64,000 bases of DNA from Bacillota bacterium (GCA_040766225.1 JAXGQX010000002.1:8790-72789), one strand, 5' to 3'; shown: positions 42,588 to 54,377, counted from the first letter of the stretch. The notes: generated by a model not told the origin, from the letters alone. Program-made: numbers and translations.

Positions 42588-43108
42588 AGGTCCTCCTGCA
42601 TTCGTGCTGCGCGCCATGTGCCACTTTCCCGCTGCACCTTCTGCGGTGCGGGGGCCACTCGGTGGAAGGGCTGTTCCTGAACCCGAACATCTATCCGGAA
42701 GAAGAACATGAGAAGAGGTACCGGGTCTATAGGGATTGGGCCGATAAGGCCCGCCTCACGGTACACCGTGCCGACGTATCCCACCAAGAGTGGCTGGAAG
42801 CCATCCGCGCGAACCCCCAAAAACCCGGGCGGTGCCGCCTGTGTTATGGGTTTCGGATGCTAAAGGCGGCCCTTCTTGCCAAAGAAGCGGGATGCGATTC
42901 CTTTACCACTAGCCTTTTGGTTAGCCCTTACCAGGACCATGACGCCATCGTTTTGGCGATGAGGGAGGCTTCCGAAGAGACGGGGGTGCCTTTCCTGTAT
43001 CAGGACTTTCGCCCCGGATACCGAAGGAGCAGGGAATTGGCGCGGGGAGCGCACCTTTACATGCAGAAGTATTGCGGATGCGAGTTCAGCCAGAAGGAGG
43101 GCTCGTGA
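42584..43108 (+). CDS. queH: Epoxyqueuosine reductase QueH (DUF208)
   Basis: [14 protein letters not shown]... family N-terminus; conserved Cys pattern. Confidence 0.8.
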   Translation: MKVLLHSCCAPCATFPLHLLRCGGHSVEGLFLNPNIYPEEEHEKRYRVYRDWADKARLTVHRADVSHQEWLEAIRANPQKPGRCRLCYGFRMLKAALLAKEAGCDSFTTSLLVSPYQDHDAIVLAMREASEETGVPFLYQDFRPGYRRSRELARGAHLYMQKYCGCEFSQKEGS

Positions 43109-43111
43109 AAG

Positions 43112-43333
43112 ATGGAACCCGGTGATATGGGCCGCCTGCTCATGACCGTGGGCATCGTCATAGCGATCATAGGGGCTGTTTTCTACTTCGGGGGCAGGTT
43201 CACAAGGCTGGGGCGGTTGCCCGGCGACATCAGCATAAGGCGCGGCAACTTCACGTTCTACTTCCCGCTGGCTACGAGCGTGATCATCAGCCTTTTGCTA
43301 TCGGCCATCCTTTGGCTTGTGAGGCGGCGATGA
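43112..43333 (+). CDS. Small membrane protein, DUF2905-like
   Basis: 73 aa with two TM helices. Confidence 0.5.
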   Translation: MEPGDMGRLLMTVGIVIAIIGAVFYFGGRFTRLGRLPGDISIRRGNFTFYFPLATSVIISLLLSAILWLVRRR

Positions 43334-44739
43334 GACGGTCCGTCGCTCTCTCGGTGTTAGTGGTTCTACTGGCGGTGAGTCTGAACGCGGCCGTATCTTA
43401 CGCCGACGCTTTGACACCTCCCGAGACCATGGCCCCGGTGGTCTTGGTGGGTCTGTTCAGGGCCGACGAGGTGACGCTCACGTGCCAAAGCCAGTTTCAG
43501 GTGGACTCACTAGGCGCGACGCTCACGTTTCCCGCCGGTTCCAAGGTGAGGTTTAAGGCGAGCGGGAACAGGGTCCTCCGCGAGGCCGGGACGGGCGGTG
43601 CGGAGGCCGTCCTGGAGGGGACAGTCCAAGTCAAGCCGGCATCGGAGTCAACCGCCGCCTTCATGATCGTAGAAAGCCACTCGGGCGCCGACTGCCCAAC
43701 AGCGGGGAATTCCTTTGCCGGATCGATGTTGATCATGGCGGAAGACGGTCGGCTGTGTGTCGCCAACCTAGTGGACGTCGAGAGCTACGTCAGATCGGTG
43801 GTCTCCTGCGAGATGCCAGACGGTTGGCCCGCCGAAGCGCTTAAGGCCCAGGCCGTGGCCGTCCGGTCGTACCTTGCCTACAAGACCCGGATGACGAAAA
43901 CTCCGGGCTTCAATCTTCCCGACTACGCCAGTTACTCGCGCCTTACGCCCGGAAACATCGGCATATGGGCCAACGACCAGGTGTACAAAGGCGTCTCTGC
44001 CCAAAAGGCTAACGCGGTGGAAGCGGCCAACCGGACGAGAGGGCAGATCCTTACCTATAATGGGCTTCCGGCCGCCGCCTATTTCCATTCGGCGGCGGAA
44101 GGGATGACCGAGGACGTAAGAAACGTATGGGGTGGGAACGTTCCCTACCTGGTCTCCGTCGTCGAGGATCCGTACGAATCCCCTTATCACTCGTGGACGG
44201 TCGCCCTTTCGGGAGAGGACCTCTCTTCGCGCCTGGCGCCTTTGGGAGTAAGCGGCCCATGCGTCTCCTTGGAAGGCTGCGACCCCGGTCAATCGGGCAG
44301 GTGGAGCCGCGTGATAGTTAGCGGCAGGTCCGGAGAGGTGTATCTCAAGGGCACCGATTTCCGAAACGCCTTGGGCCAGCCCCTGAGAAGCCTCTTGTTT
44401 TCCATATACACGCTGGGCGGGGGCGAGAGCTCTACTGCTTGCGTGAATCCATCCATGCCGGTCTACGTGGCGGGAGAGGGCAAGACTAGAAAAGATACTG
44501 CCAAAGACCTGTTTGTGGAAGGCGGCGGAGGCATGATAGAGAGGACCCCATCGGGGCTCCATGTCCTTTCGGGCTCAGTGGAAGAGGGGCCCCTTACCTT
44601 CATCATTGAAGGCATGGGGTGGGGGCACGGAGTGGGCCTATCTCAGTGGGGAGCCCGCGCGTCGGCTCTATCGGGAGAAGACCATCCTTCCATACTGTCC
44701 CGCTACTACCCCGGATGCGCTCTGGAGCTTTGGTGGTGA
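43312..44739 (+). CDS. spoIID: SpoIID/LytB-family lytic transglycosylase (stage II sporulation protein D-like)
   Basis: VESYVRSVVSCEMPDGWPAEALKAQAVAVRSYLAY... SpoIID domain; signal peptide. Confidence 0.8.
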   Translation: MACEAAMRRSVALSVLVVLLAVSLNAAVSYADALTPPETMAPVVLVGLFRADEVTLTCQSQFQVDSLGATLTFPAGSKVRFKASGNRVLREAGTGGAEAVLEGTVQVKPASESTAAFMIVESHSGADCPTAGNSFAGSMLIMAEDGRLCVANLVDVESYVRSVVSCEMPDGWPAEALKAQAVAVRSYLAYKTRMTKTPGFNLPDYASYSRLTPGNIGIWANDQVYKGVSAQKANAVEAANRTRGQILTYNGLPAAAYFHSAAEGMTEDVRNVWGGNVPYLVSVVEDPYESPYHSWTVALSGEDLSSRLAPLGVSGPCVSLEGCDPGQSGRWSRVIVSGRSGEVYLKGTDFRNALGQPLRSLLFSIYTLGGGESSTACVNPSMPVYVAGEGKTRKDTAKDLFVEGGGGMIERTPSGLHVLSGSVEEGPLTFIIEGMGWGHGVGLSQWGARASALSGEDHPSILSRYYPGCALELWW

Positions 44740-44740
44740 C

Positions 44741-45775
44741 GCAGGATTGAGAGTAGACGAGTTTGACTACTATTTGCCGCCTGAATTGATCGCACAGACT
44801 CCCCTCCAAAAGAGGGACGAGTCAAGGCTTCTGGTCTTGGATCGCCGGAATGGAAGCATATCCCATAGGGCTTTCAAGGATATCCTGGACTACGTGAATC
44901 CCGGCGACCTAATGGTGGTTAACGACACCAGGGTGATCCCTGCCCGGCTTCTAGGACGCAGGGAAACCGGAGGCAAAGTCGAGGTCCTGCTCCTAAAGGA
45001 AGTAGGACATGACCTGTGGGAGTGCCTGGTTAAGCCCGGGCACAAAACCAGGATAGGCGACAAGTTGTATTTCGGTGACGAGGGTACGAAGCTGCTTGGG
45101 ACGGTTGTCTCCAGGACCGGCTACGGAGGCCGCGTTGTGTCCTGGGCGTACGACGGCAAATGGCAGGACGTCATCGGGGTCTTGGGGGCAACACCGTTGC
45201 CTCCTTACATAAAGGCTCCTCTAGTCGATCCGGAGCGGTATCAAACCGTCTACGCCAAGGTCCCGGGCTCGTCAGCGGCTCCAACGGCGGGCCTTCATTT
45301 CACCCCGTCCCTCCTAGACCAAGTGAGGGACAAGGGTTGTCAAGTCAAAGCGGTTACCCTCAACGTGGGCCTCGCCACTTTCCGGCCCGTTAAGGAACAA
45401 GACGTTGAGGAGCATCAGATACACGAAGAGTACGTTGTGGTGGACAAAGGTACGGTGGAAGCCGTCGGTGACCTAAGGGCGAGAGGGGGTAGCCTCTTCG
45501 CGGTTGGCACAACCGTGGTGAGGTCTCTGGAAAGCGCCGCGGAAGGCGACGGTACAGTGAGAGAGATGGCCGGCGACACAAGGCTTTTCATCTTTCCCGG
45601 CTTCCGATACACAGTGGTTGACCACTTGATCACCAACTTCCACTTGCCCAAGTCCACACTTCTTATGCTGGTGTCGGCATTCGCCGGTAAAGAGATGATC
45701 ATGCAGGCGTACCGCGAAGCCGTGAAGGAACGCTACAGGTTTTTTTCCTTCGGCGACGCCATGCTCATCCTCTAG
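44741..45775 (+). CDS. queA: S-adenosylmethionine:tRNA ribosyltransferase-isomerase (ORF 44561 extends upstream; TTG at 44741 fits family length)
   Basis: RVDEFDYYLPPELIAQTPL... canonical QueA N-terminus. Confidence 0.9.
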   Translation, partial: AGLRVDEFDYYLPPELIAQTPLQKRDESRLLVLDRRNGSISHRAFKDILDYVNPGDLMVVNDTRVIPARLLGRRETGGKVEVLLLKEVGHDLWECLVKPGHKTRIGDKLYFGDEGTKLLGTVVSRTGYGGRVVSWAYDGKWQDVIGVLGATPLPPYIKAPLVDPERYQTVYAKVPGSSAAPTAGLHFTPSLLDQVRDKGCQVKAVTLNVGLATFRPVKEQDVEEHQIHEEYVVVDKGTVEAVGDLRARGGSLFAVGTTVVRSLESAAEGDGTVREMAGDTRLFIFPGFRYTVVDHLITNFHLPKSTLLMLVSAFAGKEMIMQAYREAVKERYRFFSFGDAMLIL

Positions 45776-45819
45776 GTTCTTAAACAGTTGCCGGATAACG
45801 AAAGCGAGGTCTTTTCGTC

Positions 45820-46962
45820 TTGCCTCTTCTACGGTTTGAAGTCACCCACGAAGACAAAGCTGCGCGGCTGGGCCGCATGTGGACTCCGCACGGGGTCATT
45901 GAGACTCCCGTCTTCATGCCTGTCGGGACTCAAGCTACGTTGAAGTCCGTGCTTCCAAAAGATGTCTGGGATACCGGCACAAGGATCATGCTGTCCAACG
46001 CCTATCATCTGTATCTGCGTCCGGGCACTAACGTGGTCAAAGCGGGAGGCGGGCTCCACAAGTTCATGAACTGGCCGGGAGCGACCCTTACGGACAGCGG
46101 AGGCTTCCAGGTCATGAGTTTGGGACATATGGTGTCCCTGAACGACGACGGAGCGGTCTTCCGGTCGCACATAGATGGAAGCCTCGTGAAGTTCGGCCCC
46201 ATGAGTCAATACAGGCCCAGGTGGACATAGGGGCGGACATCATCATGTGTTTCGACGAGTGCCTCCTTACCCCGTGAGCCGAGAGGGTGCGATAGAATCA
46301 GCACGCCGGACGCTTTTGTGGGCAAAGAAGGCCAGGGCAATGGATGTACCCGAATCCCAGGCGCTCTTTGGGATCGTTCAAGGCTCCACCTTCTTGACCT
46401 CAGGAAGCAGTGCGCGCTGGACCTAGCTGAGCTGGACTTTCCCGGGTACGCTTTGGGAGGACTCGCTGTGGGCGAACCCAAGAGGGAGTTCTACGACGTC
46501 CTGAACCATACCGCCTCGTACCTGCCCAAGGATAAGCCTCGCTACCTAATGGGAGTGGGGCACCCGTACGATCTGGTGGAGGGCGTGTTGGCCGGGGTGG
46601 ACATGTTCGATTGTGTCCTTCCCAGCCGAAACGCCAGGCACGGCAGGGCTTTTACCTTCCAGGGCCCGCTGAACCTAAGGAACGCCAAGCACGTGTCGGA
46701 CCGGTCGCCCATTGAAGAGGGCTGCGATTGCCTGGCATGCCGCGGCTTTTCCCGGGCGTATATCCGGCACCTTTTCATATCCGGGGAAAGCTTGGCGTGG
46801 ACTTTGGTGACGCTTCACAACCTTCGGTTCTTTCAAAGGCTCATGGCAAACCTATCTTCGCACGTTAGAGCGGGTAGCGCCGGGAGTTACAAGGAAGAAA
46901 TCAGGAGAATCTATCCAGTGGAAGTGTCAGATGATGCGGATGGTGAAAGGTTATGGCAGTAA
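45820..46962 (+). CDS. tgt: Queuine tRNA-ribosyltransferase, one frameshift about 46230-46320
   Basis: PVFMPVGTQATLKSV...TDSGGFQVMSL; zinc site CDCLACRGFSRAYIRHL in the second piece. Confidence 0.85.
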
Positions 46963-47025
46963 AGGCGTCGAAGGTTACGCTTACACGTTAAGGCTTTATG
47001 AAGGAGCCTAAGGAGGTTCACCAAG

Positions 47026-47307
47026 TTGCCCGGTCTAGACCTATCTAACCCCATTATGGGGCAAATTCTATGGTTTGGTTTGCTGTTCGTGATAATGTAC
47101 TTTTTCATGATCCGGCCCCAGCAGAAGGAACAGAAGGCAAGGGCCGAGATGATGCGGTCCCTGAAACCGGGCGACAAGATCGTCACTTACGGGGGTATCG
47201 CGGGGGTCATAACCAAAGTGGACGACGTCACCGTAAAGGTCCGTATCGCCGAAAAGGTTGAAGTGGACGTATTCAAGACCGGGGTAGGCAGGGTCTTGAA
47301 AGACTAA
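47026..47307 (+). CDS. yajC: Preprotein translocase subunit YajC
   Basis: FMIRPQQKEQKARAEMMRSLKPGDKIVTYGGIAGVIT. Confidence 0.85.
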   Translation: MPGLDLSNPIMGQILWFGLLFVIMYFFMIRPQQKEQKARAEMMRSLKPGDKIVTYGGIAGVITKVDDVTVKVRIAEKVEVDVFKTGVGRVLKD

Positions 47308-47496
47308 CGTACATACGGTTCGGGGACCACTTGGACCTAATAAGCAGTCCAATCCGGGCGAGTGAGGCCCGGATTCTTTTTTGGGCAAAACGGCGTGTGA
47401 GGAAGGACTTCTCTTGGTTTTCGCAGAATATGTGCGGCTTGGAGAAGGAGATCCAATGGGCCCAAAGGAAAGATCCAATGTTGAGTCATCTCGCTG

Positions 47497-48549
47497 ATGG
47501 CTCATAAGGGAGTGGACCGCTTGGCAGACACAGACGCATTTGACCTGCAACGAAGAGGCGGGCTTCCAATTTACCTCCAAGTCAAGAGAAAGATCGAGTC
47601 CCTGATCGCCTCAGGCCACTGGGAGAAGGGACAGCGCCTTCCCACAGAACGTTCCCTGGCGTCAGAACTCGGGGTGAGCCGCAACACTGTCAGCTTGGCG
47701 TACCGCCAACTGGAGGCGGAAGGGCTCATCAGTTCCCGGCAGGGCCGGGGCACCTTCGTCGCTGAAGCCGACGACATTTTGAGGCTTGAGAACAAGCGCG
47801 AACGGCTGTCCCGGTTGATCGATTCATGCCTCGAAGATGCGATCACCTTAGGCGTCAGCCCCGAGGAGTTCCTGCTTGTAGCGGAAAAACGGGTCGAGGA
47901 GCGCCAGAAACTCTTAGCGGAGATCGAGATCGCTTTCGTGGAGTGCAACAGGGAGCAGCTGGACTACTTCAGTAAGGAACTGGAGTTGGGCACGGGAGTA
48001 AAGGTGGTGCCGGTGCTTACGGATGATCTGTCCTCAGGCGAACCGGCCTCTTGCGCTTCGATAGCCGATGCGGACCTTGTCGTGACTACCTTCTTCCATT
48101 TGGACGAGGTGAGAAACCTGTTTCCGGGCAGGACGGATGACATTTTGGGCATCGCGTTGGACCCGGCTATAGACTCAATTGTCCGCATCGCCCGGCTAAC
48201 GGCGGGCACTAGAGTCCTTTTGGTTTGCCTCTCGGAACGGTTTGCCGAAAGGATAAAGAAGTCCATGGAGCTGGCCGGAATCACTGAGCTTGACGTTGAA
48301 GTGACCACGGATAGAGACAGCGAGGCGATCCGTGGACGGCTAAGGGACAAGAAAGCGGTAATAGTTTCGCCGGGACGGCTAAAGGAAGTAGCGTCCATGG
48401 TGAAGCGCGGGACTCAGGTTATAGAGTTCATCTACAAACCTGACGCGGGTTCGGTCAATCTACTTAGATCGTCGGTGTTGGAGCACCGGCGTAAGAACAG
48501 GCAGGAGGGGGTCGAGCGTGGCTTACGGGTCGTGGGAAATAACCATTAA
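47497..48549 (+). CDS. GntR-family transcriptional regulator with an about 250-aa C-terminal domain of unknown type
   Basis: HTH: SERSLASELGVSRNTVSLAYRQLEAEGLISSRQGRGTFV. Confidence 0.7.
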   Translation: MAHKGVDRLADTDAFDLQRRGGLPIYLQVKRKIESLIASGHWEKGQRLPTERSLASELGVSRNTVSLAYRQLEAEGLISSRQGRGTFVAEADDILRLENKRERLSRLIDSCLEDAITLGVSPEEFLLVAEKRVEERQKLLAEIEIAFVECNREQLDYFSKELELGTGVKVVPVLTDDLSSGEPASCASIADADLVVTTFFHLDEVRNLFPGRTDDILGIALDPAIDSIVRIARLTAGTRVLLVCLSERFAERIKKSMELAGITELDVEVTTDRDSEAIRGRLRDKKAVIVSPGRLKEVASMVKRGTQVIEFIYKPDAGSVNLLRSSVLEHRRKNRQEGVERGLRVVGNNH

Positions 48550-48724
48550 CTCGAAGTGGTGCAAAAAGTGTGGGTTGTGCGTGGCGTTTTGTCCCAAGAA
48601 GGTCTTGGGCGAAGACTCGGGAGCGCCGAAAGTCCTGGATGAAAACTTGTGCATCGGTTGTCTTCTTTGCGAAATGCACTGCCCTGACTTTGCCATCGCC
48701 GTCAAGAGGAGAGATAGCAAATGA
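48518..48724 (+). CDS. 2-oxoacid:ferredoxin oxidoreductase delta subunit (2x[4Fe-4S] ferredoxin)
   Basis: CKKCGLCVAFCP and CIGCLLCEMHCP. Confidence 0.8.
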   Translation: MAYGSWEITINSKWCKKCGLCVAFCPKKVLGEDSGAPKVLDENLCIGCLLCEMHCPDFAIAVKRRDSK

Positions 48725-49898
48725 CTGAGACGGGACCTAGACTCCTGCAGGGCAACGAGGCGTGCGTTGAAGGGGCGCTGGCCGCGGGTCTACGGTTTTT
48801 CGCGGGGTATCCCATCACACCTTCAACTGAAATCGCGGAGATATGTTCTTTGAGGCTCCCCCGGGTGGGGGGCAAGTTTCTTCAGATGGAAGATGAGATC
48901 GCGAGCATGGCGGCTGTATGCGGGGCTTCTCTCGCGGGACTCAAAGCCATGACGGCTACGAGTGGTCCGGGTTTCTCTCTTAAGCAGGAAAACTTGGGAT
49001 TCGCCGCCGAGGCCGAGATCCCGTGCGTAGTGGTTAACGTGCAGCGCGTCGGTCCCTCCACCGGAATGCCCACTTCTCCCGCTCAAGGAGATGTCATGCA
49101 GGCCCGTTGGGGCACCCACGGGGACCACGAAATAGTGGCCTTGTGCCCCTCTTCGGTCCGGGAAGTGTATACGCTCACTATATCCGCCTTTAACATCGCG
49201 GAAGAACTCAGGACTCCCGTCGTGTTGCTCATGGACGAGATAGTGGGTCACCTGCGCGAAAGGTGGCGCTTGTACGCCGCTTGAGTTGAAAGTGATAGAT
49301 AGAGAGGAGAAACCTACCGTTTAAAAGTCGCGCGCGCCTGAAGCCGTACGGGACCGGCCAGGGCAAGTATTTCTGACGTGCCGCCTTTGGCCGCCTTCGG
49401 CGACGGCTATCGTTTCCACGTTACCGGCCTAACTCACGGGGAGGACGGTTTCCCCACCAACAATCCGAAAGTCGGCGAAAAGCAGATACTACGGATGGCC
49501 CAAAAGATCAGGAGCCGTCGGGACCAGTTGTCCATGTTTGAGGAAATTCAGATGGACGATGCCGAGGTCGTGGTCGTATCCTACGGCGGGACCGCCCGTT
49601 CGGCCAAGAAGGCCGTCAAGGACGCCAGAGCCGAAGGGGTAAAGGCCGGTCTCTTGCGCGTCATCACTCTGTGGCCATTCCCGGAAAGGCGGGTATCCAG
49701 GCTGCGCGACATGGGCCTTAAGGCGGTCATTATCCCCGCGCTTGCCGAGATGAACCTGGGGGCGGTATGTCGCTAACGCGCCGGTTAAGAGGGTTATAGG
49801 TGACGCTTGCCCAGTCAAGCCCGTAAATAAGATAAGCGGGCCAGTTCATTACAGGCCCAAGAGATCCTGGAAATAGCCGCCAAAGGGGCGATGTAGGT
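48721..49898 (+). CDS. 2-oxoacid:ferredoxin oxidoreductase alpha subunit, at least 2 frameshifts
   Basis: GYPITPSTEIAE...VNVQRVGPSTGMPT...; second half in ORF 49378-49776; tail NLGQYVANAPVKRVIGDA in a third frame. Confidence 0.75.
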
Positions 49899-50725
49899 GG
49901 CCCATCCTCGATAAGTACTTGCGGACCGCAAAACTCCCTCCTGGCCAATTGCCCGGAGTTGCGGGCACAGGATCGTGACCCAAGCGATCTGAGGGCCATG
50001 AACGAACTACAGCTGGACACGGAGAAGACGGTGGTGGTTTCAGGTATCGGTTGCTCATCCAGGGCGCCCGGATATCTCCACTTTGACACCCTCCACACGA
50101 CGCATGGACAGGCTCTCTTCCCTTCGCCACGGGCATCAAAATGGCGAACCCCGAACTAAGGGTCATAGTGGTGACCGGAGACGGAGACGCGTCAGCCATA
50201 GGCGGCAACCACTTGATACACGCCGCAAGGAGGAACGCGGCCTTACCGTCGTGTGCTTCAACAACACAATCTACGGCATGACTTCGGGGGCGGTATTCCC
50301 GGTCACGCCAGGCGGCGGCTTCGCCTCCACGGCGCCTTACGGCATGGTTGAGCCCACCTTCGACCTCTGCGGTCTCGTATCGGGGGCGGGCGGGACGTTC
50401 GTCGCCCGGGGCACGACCTATCACACGAGGCCTTTAGTCCAACATCATCAAAGAAGCCCTGAAGCACGACGGTTTCAGTTTCGTGGAAGCCCTATCCCAG
50501 TGCCCGACCTACTACGGCAGGAGGAACAAGCTTCGCGCTCCCCTGGACATGATGTATTGGTACAGAGATAACGCCGTAACGCTTTCATCTTAAGGAGAAA
50601 CTCTCGGATGAGGAGAAAGCCAAGAAGTTTCCCATCGGCATACTCAGAAGATCGAGAACGCGCCTGAGTTCAGCCAGGTCTATTCGGACCTCATCGAGCG
50701 CGTCAGGGAAAGGAGCGAGGCCTAA
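49899..50725 (+). CDS. 2-oxoacid:ferredoxin oxidoreductase beta subunit (TPP-binding), multiply frameshifted
   Basis: [38 protein letters not shown] and [12 protein letters not shown] across frames. Confidence 0.7.
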
Positions 50726-51273
50726 TGCGTACCGAGCTTAGGCTTGCCGGAGAAGGCAGCCAGGGGCTTATGACGGCGGCCACTTCATCTTCGCCGGAGC
50801 CGCCGCCGAGCATATGTACTGACCTGAACGCGGTGCACAGACCCAGTCTTACGGTCCGGAGTCCAGAGGAGAGTTCGACAAGGCCGACATCATCATAGCC
50901 GACGAGGACATAGACTACCCCGAGGTTGATAGACCCCATTTTGTGGTGGTCATGGCTCAAGAAGCGTGCGACAGATTTGTCCCGACAGTCAGTCGCTAGG
51001 GGCGGTACCGTCATAGTAGACTCAACTTACGTTAGGTCCGTCCGGAAGTCGATGCGCGTGGTCAAGTTCCCCATCTCGGAAAAAGCCAGGGAACTCGGCA
51101 GGGAAGTAGTGGCTAACATCGTGGCTTTGGGACTTCTGCAGGTTTGGCAGGGGTGGTCCCGGAGGATGCGGTGGCAAAGTCGCTCCTTGCAATACCCAAA
51201 GGCACTGAAGAGGCTCCAACAAGAAGGCTTTTCAGGCCGGGTTGGAGGCATCGAGAGCAGTATCCTGATGTGA
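50724..51273 (+). CDS. 2-oxoacid:ferredoxin oxidoreductase gamma subunit, frameshifted
   Basis: [30 protein letters not shown] and GGTVIVDSTYV...VKFPISEKARELGREVVANIVALG. Confidence 0.7.
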
Positions 51274-51366
51274 CTACGACGTGAGGCGAGGGCATGGGCT
51301 GCCGCCTCCTAAGAAGAGGGAGCTTTTGATAGTGGCTCGAGACCAGAAGAGACGAGGAATTCCAAG

Positions 51367-53002
51367 GTGAAATGGGAACAAGGGCCGGTGGCCCAGGTTA
51401 TCGCCGTTTCCCGGAACGCAAGAAGAGTTTTTGACCGATTCCGGCATCCCCGTCAGCCGCCTGGATACACCGGCGGACCTTGGCGAGTGGGACTATCTCG
51501 ACAAACTGGGGTTCCCGGGCGAATACCCCTACACCCGGGGGGTTCAGCCCACCATGTACCGCGGCCGGCTTTGGACCATGCGCCAGTACGCCGGTTTTGG
51601 AGACGCCAAGGAGACAAACGAGAGATTTCGTTTCCTCTTGGGGCAGGGACAGACAGGGCTTTCGACCGCGTTTGACCTACCCACTCAAGTGGGATACGAC
51701 TCGGACCACCCCATGGCCGAAGGCGAAGTAGGTAGGGTAGGGGTGGCCATCGACTCTCTGGAAGACGTGGAGACCGTGTTTAGCGGAATTCCCCTGGACA
51801 AGGTGTCAACTTCCATGACCATCAACGCCCCCGCCTCGATTCTTCTAACCATGTATCAGGCGTTAGGCGAGAAACAGGGCGTTTTGGCATCAAAACTTCA
51901 GGGCACGATCCAGAACGATATCTTGAAGGAGTACGTGGCACGAGGCACATACATATTCCCGCCGGGTCCGTCCATGCGGCTGGTAACCGACATCTTCGAG
52001 TATTGCTCAAAAGTGATACCCGATTGGAACACCATCTCCATAAGCGGGTATCACATTAGGGAAGCGGGGGCTAGCGCGGTCCAGGAAGTCGCGTTTACTC
52101 TGGCCGACGGTATCGCGTACGTGCAGGCGGCAGTGGACAAAGGCCTGGATGTCGACGCTTTCGCGGGCAGGCTCTCGTTCTTCTTTAACAGCCAGATGGA
52201 CTTCTTTGAGGAGATCGCCAAGTTTAGGGCGGCCAGGAGGCTGTGGGCCCGCATCATGAAGGAAAGGTTCAAAGCCAAGAACCCGAAGTCGTGGATGCTA
52301 AGGTTCCACACCCAAACCGCGGGGTCGTCTTTGACGGCCCAGCAACCCGACAACAACATCATCCGGACCACTTTAGAGGCATTGGCCGCCGTGTTGGGCG
52401 GGACCCAGTCGCTGCATACAAACTCCAAGGATGAGGCCCTCGCCCTTCCGACGGAAGAGTCGGTAAGGATCGCCCTGCGCACTCAGCAGATAATCGGATT
52501 CGAGTCCGGAGTGGCGGACTCCGTAGACCCGTTGGCAGGTAGCTACTTCGTTGAGAGACTTACCGACGAAGTGGAGGCCAAAGCCATGGAGTACATCCAA
52601 AAGATCGACGACATGGGCGGCGCGGTCAGCGCCATCGAACGCGGGTATCTGCAACGGGAGATCCAGGACAGCGCGTACCGCCATCAGAGAGCGGTGGAGA
52701 CCAAGGAGAAAATGGTCGTAGGCGTGAACTGCTTCGAAGTTAAGGAGGAACCCCCGAAAGGCCTCCTAAAGGTGAACCCGGCTATCGCCGAATCCCAGAA
52801 GAAACGTCTTGCGGATCTCAGGAGGAGACGTGACGGAAGGGCAGTCGGATCCGCCCTGAAAGAGATCGAGGTCACCGCGAAAGGCGAAGACAACCTCGTT
52901 CCCAAGGTCTTTGAGGCGGTCAAGGCTTACGCTACCATCGGAGAGATCTGCGGCGTACTGAGAGATATCTTCGGCGTGTATCGCCCGGGTTCTTGGGTCT
53001 AG
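51367..53002 (+). CDS. Methylmalonyl-CoA mutase-family large (substrate-binding) subunit without B12-binding domain; frameshift near 51425
   Basis: [55 protein letters not shown]... Confidence 0.85.
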
Positions 53003-53032
53003 GCACTGCGGCTTTTTTGAGGAGGAGTTTCG

Positions 53033-53443
53033 ATGATTAGCAAGTTGAACCACCTTGGGATCGCTGTTGGAAACCTGGAGCAGGCCGCCAAAGCCCTTAA
53101 GGACGCGTTCGGGTTGGAGGTTACAAGCGTGGAGGAAGTGCCTTCGCAGAAGGTACGCGTGGCGTTTGTGCCGGTTGGGGAGACCCGGCTGGAGCTATTG
53201 GAGCCCACTTCCGAAGACAGCGCCGTGGCAAAGTTCCTTTCGGGGAGAGGAGAGGGGCTTCATCACATCGCCCTCCAAACCGACGATGTCGCCCAGGGGT
53301 TGAAGGACGCGGAAGCCAACGGAATGCGCTTGATTGACAAGGAGCCCAGGACAGGAGCTCACGGGACCAAAGTGGGGTTTGTGCACCCCAAGAGCACCTT
53401 TGGGGTCCTATTTGAGTTGGTTCAGGAGGATTCTCACCACTGA
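53033..53443 (+). CDS. Methylmalonyl-CoA epimerase (VOC/glyoxalase fold)
   Basis: LNHLGIAV...GEGLHHIAL...FVHPKSTFGVLFEL. Confidence 0.85.
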   Translation: MISKLNHLGIAVGNLEQAAKALKDAFGLEVTSVEEVPSQKVRVAFVPVGETRLELLEPTSEDSAVAKFLSGRGEGLHHIALQTDDVAQGLKDAEANGMRLIDKEPRTGAHGTKVGFVHPKSTFGVLFELVQEDSHH

Positions 53444-53451
53444 TAAAGGAC

Positions 53452-54306
53452 ATGATCGATTGCCATTGCCACGTGATGCCGGAGGAGGTCCTTAGGGACC
53501 TCCCCCGGTTCGCCTCTGTGGATAATCACTTCGGCGCTTTGGTCACGACCAAAGGCGCCAAGTTTTCTTCCGGCTTGGAGCTCCTGAAAGATATGGATGA
53601 GTCCGGCGTCGAACGCGCCGTGGTCTTCGGCTTTTCCTCCGAGGACCCGGGTTTTAACCGCGCTCAGAACGACTACGTGATGTCGTTGTCCGCTTTGCAT
53701 AGGGATAGGCTTATCCCCTTTGGAGTGCTTTGCCCTAAGGTCCGCGGCTACCTTCAGGAAGCCGAAAGGTGCTTAGCCTTTGGCGTGCGCGGTTTCGGGG
53801 AGCTTTTCCCGGCGGGACACGGCTTCTCCCTGGAGGGGGAGGAGATGACGCGCCTGGCCGGATTGTGCGAAGAGGCGGGAACGCCCCTACTTATACACGT
53901 CAACGAAGAAGTGGGCCACATCTACCCGGGCAAAGGAAACGTGGGCCCGGGTCCGGCCTATCGCTTCGCCGCTGCGCATCCCGGTCTCAAGGTGATTTTC
54001 GCCCATCTGGGCGGGGGATTGCCCTTCTACTGGGCGATGCCCGAGGTGAGAGCCCTAGAGAACGTGTATTACGATACCGCGGCTCAGCCCCTTCTGTACA
54101 AGCCCGACGTCTATATGCACCTTAAGACAAGTGGCGCGCTGGAAAAGATCATCCTGGGAAGCGATTATCCTTTGCTAAGTTGCGCAAGATACGTAAAGGA
54201 CATGGAGAGGTCGGGAATGGACAAGGATGACATCCAGAAAGTAGTTCGGGATAACGCGGTCTCCTTACTTGGGAGATTCTTCTTAAGGGGTCCGGAAGGA
54301 AACTAG
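53452..54306 (+). CDS. Metal-dependent amidohydrolase-2 family (TIM barrel) protein
   Basis: MIDCHCHV... HxH start; Asp/His pattern. Confidence 0.7.
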   Translation: MIDCHCHVMPEEVLRDLPRFASVDNHFGALVTTKGAKFSSGLELLKDMDESGVERAVVFGFSSEDPGFNRAQNDYVMSLSALHRDRLIPFGVLCPKVRGYLQEAERCLAFGVRGFGELFPAGHGFSLEGEEMTRLAGLCEEAGTPLLIHVNEEVGHIYPGKGNVGPGPAYRFAAAHPGLKVIFAHLGGGLPFYWAMPEVRALENVYYDTAAQPLLYKPDVYMHLKTSGALEKIILGSDYPLLSCARYVKDMERSGMDKDDIQKVVRDNAVSLLGRFFLRGPEGN

Positions 54307-54377
54307 AATCGCCAACAGAATATCTTAGGGTGAGAGGACGGGTGGTTATAATCAAAATACGATAGAGGGGGCTTTGA

